A DNA stretch of 64,000 bases. Origin: Nitrosopumilus sp. GTDB taxonomy: Archaea; Thermoproteota; Nitrososphaeria; Nitrososphaerales; Nitrosopumilaceae. This document shows positions 50,810 through 61,200 of this stretch, piece after piece; within the stretch, counting starts at the first letter, position 1, and each line of letters opens with the position of its first letter. The notes beneath the pieces were generated by a model, which was given only the letters and a program-made list of their open reading frames with translations, ran no database searches and was not told the DNA's origin. A program made the translations under genes and the position numbers. Location of the stretch: assembly GCA_965203315.1 (NCBI GenBank), contig OZ241857.1, forward strand, positions 768,001-832,000. Direction: 5' to 3'.

Positions 50810-51919
50810 TCACGATACAAGTTTTGATACCAACTCGTTAAACTCTTCAACAGACATTGGAGATACATCAAATAGCCTCAAATTCTCTATAACATGTTCA
50901 AGTTTCTTGTGGCCCACAAGTGGAGCTATTACGCCAGGTGTTGAACGGACAAACTGTAAAGCACGTAGAGCAGGATCAAGAGTTCCAAACTCCGGTAGTG
51001 TTCCAGATGTGACTAGTCGGCCTTGCATTAGTGGGACACTAGTAAAGACGCCGATATCGAGATGGATAGCAGCATCAAGTATCGAGCATGTCCGATCATC
51101 AATCTTTTGATTCTTGTTCAATAGTGCCTGATCGTAATACATGTTGAATGGAAGTTGAATAAACCTAAGTCCATGATGAATGCCACCAACATCTTTTGCT
51201 ATATCAATGACATCTTCTAGCGACAGATATTGTGGGTGATCCATAGATACGCGAAAACACTCCCATGTTGCCATGCCATAATATTGAATCTTGGAGCGAT
51301 CACGTTGTTCTTCATACATGAGAAAAACATCTGCTAGTTGTTTGAGAAAGTCGGTACGACTGATATCAGGCTGACCTTCAACTGCATTGTGCAGGTACAA
51401 TAGATCAATACAATCTACACCAAGATTTACAAGACTACGCTCTAGTTGATCTGCCAAATACGATGGTTTCATACAGTGGTATCCAGATGAAATATCACCT
51501 GCAGATATCACACCCTGTGAAGTGTACTCTTTTTTGACATACTCCCAAAATCCCAGATTGCTGTCAGCGTCATTTGTAACATAACCTCCCTTTGTACATA
51601 GAAATATCTCTTCTCGCGATATCTCATTAGGACAGAGATCCTCTAGCACACGACCGATGGTACGCTCTGCTCTTTGGGATCTATAGTTTATCGCAGTATC
51701 GATTACATTTACTCCAGACAAGATAGACTGCTTTACTGCAGAATATACAAGTTGATCAGTCGTGGCATCAACATCTCCTAGATATGTACCAACACCTAAA
51801 CTCGACAGAGTCAGATCAGCAAATCGCTTAAAGTTAGATTGATCAAGTTTAGACCTTTGAGCAAATTGTAATGTACCACTAGATGTGGCAGAGCCTTGAA
51901 TCATTAAAGATATGATCAT
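50810..51919 (-). CDS. Aldo/keto reductase
   Basis: LGVGTY, IDTAINY, F.CTKGG, IDLLYLHN. Confidence 0.9.
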   Translation of the reverse strand: MIISLMIQGSATSSGTLQFAQRSKLDQSNFKRFADLTLSSLGVGTYLGDVDATTDQLVYSAVKQSILSGVNVIDTAINYRSQRAERTIGRVLEDLCPNEISREEIFLCTKGGYVTNDADSNLGFWEYVKKEYTSQGVISAGDISSGYHCMKPSYLADQLERSLVNLGVDCIDLLYLHNAVEGQPDISRTDFLKQLADVFLMYEEQRDRSKIQYYGMATWECFRVSMDHPQYLSLEDVIDIAKDVGGIHHGLRFIQLPFNMYYDQALLNKNQKIDDRTCSILDAAIHLDIGVFTSVPLMQGRLVTSGTLPEFGTLDPALRALQFVRSTPGVIAPLVGHKKLEHVIENLRLFDVSPMSVEEFNELVSKLVS

Positions 51920-52824
51920 TATACTAAATTTATGTTTAGAGAACCTACAACCAGACCAACAACAAACAGTACACCTGTAGATCTGCTATACAGTAATGCG
52001 TATGACATCGGTAAGAGCAATAATTTGATAGAGTTAAAGCCTTTGTAGAGAGCAATGCCAGAACGTATAGCAATAGGTATAGATAAAAGAGATATTAGAA
52101 CGGTAGCAGGAAAATATGCATAGATCACACCAGTTAAAATTATCGCTGTTGTCAAGATCGGAAAAAGCCAAAAAATGCGAGATGCTAGTTTTGGACCTGC
52201 TAGAATCACCAAAGTCTTGCGACCCTTTAATTTATCAGCATCGTGATCAGGAAACGCCGTAACAAAGAGAACGAGTCCAGACAGTGAACCCACCAATGCG
52301 CCTGCGAGTCCCGCATCAAAAGACAGAGTCTCAGTCTGAATGAAATATACACCTAGAACGATCATGGCTCCCTTTATTCCAACAAATAACTCGCCCAAAC
52401 CAGCATCGACTATTCTAGTCGAGTAGAAATAGATCGCAAGTATTGCAAATCCAAGTATTATCGCAATAATAAAACCATGCAAGACAACAAAATAGCTGCC
52501 AATCACGGCACCGAATACTAGTGACGCAATACCAGCTCTGTATACATGAGAGGGTTGTAATAGGCCTTCGGGCAATACTCCTGTACCACCACTCATGCGC
52601 GTGCGAGTTGTGGTGGTATCTATTCCACGTTTATAGTCCCAATAATCATTTAGTAGATCAACACTGATGTGTAACGCAAGTACGCCTGCAAGTGCGATGA
52701 TTGCGGCAGATATATCGATCATTGATGTATGATACCAAGACATGCTCAAACCTACACCAACCGCAATAACCGATGCAAAGAGAAAACGTAAGCGAATTAT
52801 ACGCAACCATGCAGACAACAACAT
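51919..52824 (-). CDS. UbiA/MenA-family prenyltransferase
   Basis: NDYWDYKRGID, FPDHDAD...GRKTL, multiple TM helices. Confidence 0.88.
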   Translation of the reverse strand: MLLSAWLRIIRLRFLFASVIAVGVGLSMSWYHTSMIDISAAIIALAGVLALHISVDLLNDYWDYKRGIDTTTTRTRMSGGTGVLPEGLLQPSHVYRAGIASLVFGAVIGSYFVVLHGFIIAIILGFAILAIYFYSTRIVDAGLGELFVGIKGAMIVLGVYFIQTETLSFDAGLAGALVGSLSGLVLFVTAFPDHDADKLKGRKTLVILAGPKLASRIFWLFPILTTAIILTGVIYAYFPATVLISLLSIPIAIRSGIALYKGFNSIKLLLLPMSYALLYSRSTGVLFVVGLVVGSLNINLV

Positions 52825-53152
52825 GTATGAATCATCGCACAATATTGAGTTTTGTAGATCAGAGATCTCGCAATGTATATCCAAGCCTACACAAAGGGAG
52901 ACTGTTTTAATTTGAGCCAAATCCTTCAATCACATATGTAAAATGTGAGTCATCTGTACGACAACATACGTTGGCGTTGTGATAATTCTAAAACACGCGA
53001 GTATCGACCCTCAAGTTTAGTGCCAAAATGCATAATTCTAAAATATCGATCTATGTCACGAATCTCTAATCCGCATCAATCAAGAATATGCAGAATTGAT
53101 CCCCATACACCACAGATATCATACTTTAATATCTAGGGTACATTACTCTGCT

Positions 53153-55441
53153 ATGGTCTCAGTCCTATCAGAGAACATGGGATATGTGATTCTGATAGGA
53201 GTTGGGTTGGTCATGGCGCTCTCGGTAACCTTGATGGTAAAAGCAGAGACAAAGTGGTTGGGTACAAGAAAGACATCAGAGTGGTTTTATACAGCAGGGC
53301 GAACCATCAAGACCGGACTCATTGCAGCATCGATAGTCTCTGCGTGGACATGGGCGGCAACACTACTTCAATCTTCGACTGTAACTTATGAGTTTGGATT
53401 GGCAGGCTCGTTCTGGTATGCAGCAGGAGCATGCATTCAAGTAATACTATTTGCGATACTAGCAATCGAGTTAAAACGCAAAGCACCTATGACACATACA
53501 TTTCCAGAGATGATCTATGCAAGATTTGGTAAACATTCACACAAGGTATTTCTCTTCTTTGCACTAGTGACAAACACCATAGTAACTGCAATGTTGGTGC
53601 TTGGTGGTGCAGCTGTAATCAACTCACTCACAAACATCGATATCCAAATAGCTGCATTCTTGATTCCTATTGGAGTTATATTGTATACGGTATTTGGTGG
53701 ACTGAAAGCAACGTTCTTTGCAGAGTATCTGAATGCTGCACTGATCTTTATAGTAGTACTTGTATTTGTCAGCGCCATATACTTTGCAACACCAGAGATA
53801 GGAGGCATCTCTGGCATGTACGAGAAATTATCACAAGCATCAACTCTTACGCCAGTCGAAGGGAATGTATTTGGTACATACTTGACGTTGGCATCGATCG
53901 GTGCTCTACTATTTGGTATAATAAACATAGTTGGAAATTTTGGGACAGTATTTGTAGATCAATCCTATTGGCAACGAGCTATTGCATCTAGACCAAAGTC
54001 GGCAACAGGAGGATTCATCATAGGTGGCTTGGCATGGTTTGCCATTCCTTTTACACTCGCAACTACACTAGGATTGGCAGCAATAGCTACTGGAGTATCT
54101 CTAACAGATAGTGAGATAGAGCTCGGACTGGTTGCGCCTACTGCTGCAGCAGAGATCTTGGGTGATATTGGTGCGATACTGATTCTAACGATACTCTTTA
54201 CGGCAGTGACTGCTGCTGGCTCGTCGCAGCTAGTGAGTGTGTCATCACTAGTCACATATGATGTATTTCGAACGTATCTCAAACCTTCAGCGACAGGTAG
54301 ACAGCTGATGCGTGTATCGAGATATACGATCTTGGGTTTTGGACTTGGGATGGGACTACTTGCTTCTATACTCTTTCATTCAGGATTCAGTCTACAGTAT
54401 GTATATCTGATGATGGGAATACTGATAGGATCGGCAGTTGCGCCCATCTCTTTTGCTCTACTTTGGAAGAAGACACATCGTCACATAGCGACACTAGCTG
54501 CGCTGATCGGACTTGGGTGCGGTGTCGCATCATGGTTGTATACAGCAAATGCGACATCAGGTGAGATCACACTGTCATCCACAGGTCAACTCTTACCACT
54601 GATGGTGGGAAACATCGTATCGATTGTATCGAGTCTATCTATAACGATTGTTGGTAGTTTGATAAAACCAGATAACTTTGACTTTACGCTAATGAGACAA
54701 AAGATCATGGTAGCAGATGATCGAGTTCGTTCTATGTTAAAACTAGATACCGATGATATCATGTTGCAGAGATCACTTGCTTTCTGTAAACGTGTGTGTC
54801 TAGGAGTGACGCTATCGCTCGTTGTTGTGTGGCCAGCAACGTTCTATCTTACAGAATTTGTATTTGATGAAGCGTCGTTCCATGTATGGATATGGCTGGC
54901 CATAATTTGGGCAGCAGGAGCAGCAGGAATCATCATAGTTCTCCCATTTATTGAAGCAAGAAATAGCATTGCAGAGATATTCCACAGAGCAAGTGTCAAG
55001 ACCGAATTAGATTATACGGTAGCATCTATTGAGGCGCCGTCTATTCGTATTCTAGTTCCCGTAGACGGCTCATCTATATCACTCAAGGCATTGTATCACT
55101 CAAACTATCTCTTTCGTGCAGCGCAGATCAGAGTATATCTTTTGTATGTAATAGAATGGAACGAGGATGGAGAAGAGATTGATGCAGAGCTTGTAGCTCA
55201 GATCCAAGAAGAGGGACGGATGATACTTCGTAGTGTTGTTGTTCCAAAGCAGTTACGCAACTATCAACGAATAGTCAAGATCGGCAACCCACCAACAAAG
55301 ATAGCAGAGGTTGCCGAGAGATTGCATGTAGATGCAATCGCCATAGGTAAACATGGATTAGGCAGATCTAGATCAGATCTAGGTTCGGTGACACGACAAG
55401 TCTTAAAGCTCACATCAAAACCTGTGATCCTATTAGACTAG
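53153..55441 (+). CDS. dur3: DUR3-like urea active transporter (SSS family) with C-terminal USP domain
   Basis: SAWTWAATLLQSS, KRKAP..HT, NFGTVFVDQSYWQRAIA; USP motifs ILVPVDGS...LGSV..VL. Confidence 0.88.
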   Translation: MVSVLSENMGYVILIGVGLVMALSVTLMVKAETKWLGTRKTSEWFYTAGRTIKTGLIAASIVSAWTWAATLLQSSTVTYEFGLAGSFWYAAGACIQVILFAILAIELKRKAPMTHTFPEMIYARFGKHSHKVFLFFALVTNTIVTAMLVLGGAAVINSLTNIDIQIAAFLIPIGVILYTVFGGLKATFFAEYLNAALIFIVVLVFVSAIYFATPEIGGISGMYEKLSQASTLTPVEGNVFGTYLTLASIGALLFGIINIVGNFGTVFVDQSYWQRAIASRPKSATGGFIIGGLAWFAIPFTLATTLGLAAIATGVSLTDSEIELGLVAPTAAAEILGDIGAILILTILFTAVTAAGSSQLVSVSSLVTYDVFRTYLKPSATGRQLMRVSRYTILGFGLGMGLLASILFHSGFSLQYVYLMMGILIGSAVAPISFALLWKKTHRHIATLAALIGLGCGVASWLYTANATSGEITLSSTGQLLPLMVGNIVSIVSSLSITIVGSLIKPDNFDFTLMRQKIMVADDRVRSMLKLDTDDIMLQRSLAFCKRVCLGVTLSLVVVWPATFYLTEFVFDEASFHVWIWLAIIWAAGAAGIIIVLPFIEARNSIAEIFHRASVKTELDYTVASIEAPSIRILVPVDGSSISLKALYHSNYLFRAAQIRVYLLYVIEWNEDGEEIDAELVAQIQEEGRMILRSVVVPKQLRNYQRIVKIGNPPTKIAEVAERLHVDAIAIGKHGLGRSRSDLGSVTRQVLKLTSKPVILLD

Positions 55442-56337
55442 ATATGTACACCAAGTATATGTCTGCGACATGTACCAAGTGTATCATCTTTTGCAGTGAT
55501 CAGATCATCTGTTGTACCCAACATTCGAATAACAACTCCTGCATCGTCTGCCAGCATAGATACACCAAAAGAGATAGACTCGATCTGTGACATATTGTGA
55601 GATATGATATCTCGAAGTCTCTGCATATTATGCTGTTTATTGATAACAACTAGTGTACCCAATGACTGATTTGTAGACATCATTCCTAGACCACGTATGT
55701 CTTGTTTTGCAGGTTCGATCTTTGTGTTATCATATGCTCTAATGATACCATCTTGGTTTTGATAACGAAATCGTAGATTGCATAGATCATATGCAAACGA
55801 TTCGTTCATTGCAGTACGGCCTGAGGTCAGAATCTCAGAATATATCAAAGTAGCAGTGTCATGTACTGTTGCATCTGTCATCTGATAGTATCTAGAGTTG
55901 GCATAAGGAATTATCTGTTCTGGCATGTACTCTAGATAACAACCTGCATTTACATTGAGTTTTGTAATGTGTGTGGCAGAGTCTCTATTCATTCCGTATA
56001 TCCTAGTCGCACCTTGAGTCGTAATGTGCGCCATTGCGGCATTATTCAAGATGATCTCACTAGTGTATCGATCACCCTGCAAGATACCACCGGATGTAGA
56101 CAAGAGATATACAAATGCCAAATTTGGTAGACTAGGTTCAAGATACAAGACGCGTTGTACCTGCAATGGGGCTTGCGTGAACTGTTTTGAGAGTATTGTT
56201 TTACCAGACTTGGATTCAAGCGTCATTTGAATAGTGCCCATTTTGCCGGCCTTGCCGACACCTAGCTGGTCTATATGCTCGTCAAATCTTTCAATATCTC
56301 TAGGTCGTGTTAGCACACCATCATACCCCGGATACAC
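55438..56337 (-). CDS. ureD: Urease accessory protein UreD
   Basis: GGILQGD, TTQGATRIY, LEYMPE..IPY..S, GR.A..E.F. Confidence 0.92.
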   Translation of the reverse strand: MYPGYDGVLTRPRDIERFDEHIDQLGVGKAGKMGTIQMTLESKSGKTILSKQFTQAPLQVQRVLYLEPSLPNLAFVYLLSTSGGILQGDRYTSEIILNNAAMAHITTQGATRIYGMNRDSATHITKLNVNAGCYLEYMPEQIIPYANSRYYQMTDATVHDTATLIYSEILTSGRTAMNESFAYDLCNLRFRYQNQDGIIRAYDNTKIEPAKQDIRGLGMMSTNQSLGTLVVINKQHNMQRLRDIISHNMSQIESISFGVSMLADDAGVVIRMLGTTDDLITAKDDTLGTCRRHILGVHI

Positions 56338-56953
56338 TCAAGATTCTATCTACAATATGATCTACAACCCCAGACATACCTTGATTGGTCTTGCAGTTTA
56401 CAAACTCGAATGGCTTTGAGCCACGTATCTTTGTCGCATCACTATACATAATATCCAGATCTGCTCCAACTAGTGGCGCAAGATCGATCTTGTTGATTAT
56501 TAATAGATCACAACTCTCTATGCCTAAGCCACCCTTTCGCGGATATTTGTCGCCTCCTGCAACGTCTATTATATATAAAAAATAGTCAGCGATCAATGGG
56601 CTAAATGTTGTGGTGATGTTGTCTCCACCACTCTCGATTATGATCAGATCGATCTCGTCATGTTCTGCTTCAATCTCTTCGATTATTGCAAGATTCATGG
56701 ACGGATCTTCTCTGATTGCAGTGTGGGGGCAACCACCGGTGGCAACTCCAATTACCATACTCTCAGGAAGTAGATTGTTCTTTGTAGCTAGATTAGCACG
56801 CATCCTATCTGCGTCTTCTTTAGATATTACATCATTAGAGATTATGCACACTTTGTATCCACGTTCGAACAAGATTGGAACGAGTTGTTCTATGAGTTGT
56901 GTCTTGCCCGAACCTACAGGACCGCCTATCCCAACTCTTGGAATATGTCTCAC
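56321..56953 (-). CDS. ureG: Urease accessory GTPase UreG
   Basis: GGPVGSGKT, TGGCPHTAIRED, ESGGDN, INKIDLA. Confidence 0.95.
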   Translation of the reverse strand: MRHIPRVGIGGPVGSGKTQLIEQLVPILFERGYKVCIISNDVISKEDADRMRANLATKNNLLPESMVIGVATGGCPHTAIREDPSMNLAIIEEIEAEHDEIDLIIIESGGDNITTTFSPLIADYFLYIIDVAGGDKYPRKGGLGIESCDLLIINKIDLAPLVGADLDIMYSDATKIRGSKPFEFVNCKTNQGMSGVVDHIVDRILSVSGV

Positions 56954-57369
56954 TATTGATAGACTATTGTAAATCTAATAAGTATTGAGATCAGTGGAAC
57001 ACGTTGTGGAACACAGTGTAAAAGAGGTCATAGAATTCAATAGTTTGTAGTCAATAGACCAGAGCTGTACGTAGCACATAATTGAAATGACTAGATTTGC
57101 TCAAAATTAGTGATGTGTAACCAGTTGCGGTTCTGTTGGGATGCGATAACTATCCAGAACGGGTATTGCTCAAATCAAATAGTTTATGCAAACACACATA
57201 GTTAGATAATTTGTGATCTACATAAAGTTGCCGACCCTTTACCACGTTCAAAAATATCTACTGCATCTCGATGATCTGAAACACCATAATCGACAATGTG
57301 AGATAGTTTTGATGTTGGGTGTTTGCAAATAGTTGATCGTCATGCATTTTTATTACACAAGACCAAAAG

Positions 57370-57660
57370 ATGTGCATGTATATTGTAATAGTCAAACTAA
57401 AACTCAAAGACGGGGTAAAAGACAACTTTGCAAGGTGGTTTACTGAATCAAATAAGACGATATCAAAATTTTCTGGATTTGTCTCTAGGCGATTGATCAT
57501 GGACAATGATGGCAATTATAGAGTTTTGATCGAGTTTCAGGACAAGAACTCTTTTACTGTAATGCAACAGAGCTCTGAACATCAAGAGTTGCATAAAGTA
57601 GGACATGCTTTTCTAAGCGAACCGCCGATAAGAAGAGATTACAAACTGGTTGCAGAATAG
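57370..57660 (+). CDS. ABM (antibiotic biosynthesis monooxygenase-like) domain protein
   Basis: GF.SRRL...F.D..SF.....S.EH pattern. Confidence 0.75.
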   Translation: MCMYIVIVKLKLKDGVKDNFARWFTESNKTISKFSGFVSRRLIMDNDGNYRVLIEFQDKNSFTVMQQSSEHQELHKVGHAFLSEPPIRRDYKLVAE

Positions 57661-57749
57661 ATCAAGGGATCAAGACCACCACACATCACACAAGATGACA
57701 GTTGATGAGATTTCATTATTACTGCAACTTATCGATAGATTCTGCGGAC

Positions 57750-57937
57750 AGTTCTGTTCAATTGACTGGGTTTGAGACCATTATGACATTATCTCAAAAA
57801 AAAATGCGCAACACGTGACTCAAAACAGCAGTAATTTACGATGGTTGGTTTAAGACCGTTTCCATATTTTGTAAAATTTTTCGAAGATTTTGGGCAGAAA
57901 ATGTCAACCCCCCCCCCCCAGTCAATTGAATAGAACC
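57750..57937. mobile_element. MITE family B
   Basis: Ends AGTTCTGTTCAATTGACTGGG / CCCAGTCAATTGAATAGAACC. Confidence 0.85.
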
Positions 57938-57955
57938 CATGAATTACCTCCAAAA

Positions 57956-57987
57956 TACAAACTCTTGATGGTAATATCAATAACATG
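57956..57987 (+). repeat. S-layer cassette site 3 (no operator; degenerate TATA position)
   Basis: TACAAACTCTTGATGGTAATATCAATAACATG; inverted partner at 63000-63031. Confidence 0.85.
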
Positions 57988-58200
57988 TATAATTGTACAG
58001 GTTGTACAAGTGCTTGTAAAGTTATCTGACATGACCTTTTACAGTCTATTAGTCTACGTACCTACTTCACATCTCTTGTATCAAGTATCTTGTGAATGAG
58101 TAATATTGTATAATGCAAGAGTCGAGGATGAAGGAGTAGAGATCATCGCATATTGTCATTGACACTGTATGTAGATATCACTATGCATAGTTGTATCATA

Positions 58201-58219
58201 TAAAAAAAGAAAAAGAAAA
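58201..58219 (-). terminator. Archaeal T-rich terminator
   Basis: Minus strand TTTTCTTTTTCTTTTTTT after the stop codon. Confidence 0.7.
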
Positions 58220-58226
58220 GTTTGAA

Positions 58227-61200
58227 CTAGTTTACAGTTATTGTTGTTGTCTGTTGTGGAGATAGTGCAGTTGGTATCGTCAACGACTCCCATGCAAATA
58301 CGGTGATTGTGTATTCACCGGCTGCTGTTGGTATCCAAGACTGAGATGGACTAAACGACTGAGATGGTGTCAGTGAACCATCAATCCAAGACAGAGATAC
58401 AGTTACGCCATCGCTATCTTGAATTTGTACCAAGTATGCAAATGGCTGGTCTTTGTCTTGTGTGTTTGTCAAATCTGCAGTGATCTGGACTTGTTGATCT
58501 ATTGATACCGTACTGAGTGTTGTACCTGTAGAGTCTACTATTCTCAACGACTCGATCTTTACTCGTTCTAGAGGAGGTACTATTGTTCCTATTATGGTGG
58601 TTGCAGTGATGTCTTCAGAGTCGCCTGTATTGTATGGAGCAGGTAGAGTGTTGTCGCTGTACTTTGCAGTGACTGTGTCTCCTTCTTCTGTGGATAGTTT
58701 GTGACCACCTGATTGGACAGAGAGTCCAAAGAATACAGTACCTTCAAAGATACCACTTGCTGGCTGAGTCTCTGTTACTGTAAGGGTTATTCCACTAGGT
58801 GCACTAGAAGACCATACTTTGACCTCAAAGTTGTCTGCAGATTCTGGATTCAAGTTCATGTCGGGATCGATTACACGTAGTACGCCTGTAGCTGTAGCAG
58901 GATAACTTGCTTCTAGCCACTGAACTTCACCAATGTTCCAACGGATTAGAGCAGACTTGCGTACAGTCTCGTCGTCAGAGAACTCGAATGATACCTCGAG
59001 TCCGTCGTCGTTGTCTGTTGGTAATAGTCCATCGGTTGGTCCATTACATGTGTCACATGTACGACCTGTGACGTCTTTACCGTTTTCTCCTGTGGAATCA
59101 TCACCGTCTGCGTCGTACGAGAATCCTGTCAGTATTACTTCACCTGTAAAGATACCAGTGTTTGTACCTGTCTCTACGAGTTTGTAGTTTTTAATGTCGT
59201 CGGATCTTGTAGCAACACGCACTGGATATGGATCAGCACCAATCTCGTCTACTTGGTTTGTGTTTAGGTTGTGATCAGGAGCTGTTACAGTGATGAATAC
59301 CTTGTCGGTCCAACTGTATACACTTTGATCTAGTTCTATTGTAGCACCAAAGTTTGATGTGAATACCGTTCTGTCGATATCTTCTGTATTATCACCTACA
59401 TAGTCTGCACCTGATGGTCCATAGTCGGTGTATTCTAGCTTGATCTCTTCGCCTCGTTCTAGTCTGTCGTTGTCTATGGCCTTGGGAACAGATATGACCA
59501 CTTGGAATATGCCTGTGCTAGGACCAGTCTCTCGTAGAGAACCTGGTTCTGCATCGAATATACCTTCACTCAGATTCTTGGTACCTGCGTCCGAGTCCCA
59601 CTTTATTAGATCAAGTGTGTATGTTTCGCGTGTACCGCTGTCTAGATCAAGGTCTGGATCGATGAGTGTTACGATCATGTCCGAGCCTATCACATATACA
59701 GACTTGTCTGTCTGTAGAGCGCCGTTTCGTAGATCAAAGGTAGCAGAGTCTGTGACTGTACGTGGGTTACCAGAAGCATCTGTAGTGTCGTTGTACTGTA
59801 CTGTAATGATATCACCTTGTAGGATACAGTTACCGTCATTTGGACAGTCAGTACTGCTTGGTCCATCGATATAAGATAGATCAAAGCTTGCCTCAAAGAC
59901 TCCAGATTCAGGAGATGTCTCTACCAGAGCATAGTTTGTTGGATCTGGCTCCGGACATGCACCGCCTGTACTTCTAGCGTTATCGTACTTTAGTTGTGCC
60001 AAGAGATATGCTGTCTGTTTGTCGGTATCTGTCGTGGCTGCCTTGTATTCGGCCTCCTTTTTATCTAGATCACGTTTTAATGCACTGATTGCATCATTCG
60101 CGTCTGTTGTAGTACCACCTGCATAGGCTATTGCACACTCGTCACCACTGCGAGAGATCGTGACCATTACTGGACCATTTCCAGACATGCCTTCGATCTT
60201 GTCCTCACCTGTAGGATTCAAGTTGTAATCTGGGTCGTTTACTTGAACATAGACTTTGACTGTACCTAGTGGAAGAGGTTCAGGAGGATTCTTCATGTCC
60301 AAGAATCCTGAAGAGCCATCGTCTGTACCAGTACCATACGGAACTGGGTATACAGTTCTATCTAGAGATACAGAGCCTGTACTTGCACCAATCGATGCAG
60401 AGTCGCCAGCTGTAACTATCTGACCAGAGGCATCTCTAAAGTCTAGATATGTTACACCAATGTCTTTGCCGCTTACAGTTATTTTAGGTTCGTTCGTGTT
60501 TACACTACCATCATCATTAAAGTTGCATACCTCTTTTGGTACAGAAAATGAACCTGTAAAGACTCCTGTACTGGATCCGGTCTCTTGTAGAGTGAATCCT
60601 GTTGCACCGAGTCCGTTCTGAACACCATCAGACAGAGTACAACCAGATTGCCATCTCTTACCATCAAAGGTTACCTCTAGTAGCATTCCTAGTGATTTGC
60701 CACCTGGTAGTAGAGACGTGTACATGATATCATCTGTATTGGTTACGTTCATGCCTACTTGATCTCTATCTGTGTCGGTGTGGTTACTGTCCATCACTAC
60801 TGTATAGGTATCAGCTCGATCAGGATCTGTATTCAGATCAGAGTCCTCTAGAGTGATTACGACATTACTGCCTACACTGTATGTCTCTGCGTTCAGAGAT
60901 ACCACTCCACTGGTGGTTGCGATATCTTGTTGATCAGAGACTACGGCAGTATTGTCGTTTGCATTTTGATCGACATAGTTTACTCGCGCGTCAGAGCCGG
61001 TAAGATCCTCAAAGGCGATGAATTTGACTTCGTTGCCTATTGGAGTGATGTCTTTGTATGTATCTGCATTGTTTACGTTGAGTTGGTTTATCATTATGTA
61101 CTCTAGTGTTCCTGTAAAGGTGCTGGTGTTCTCACCGGTCTCTTCTACCTCGATTCGTATTATCTGATTGTTGACACGCTCAGAGGCTTGTGCTCCATCA

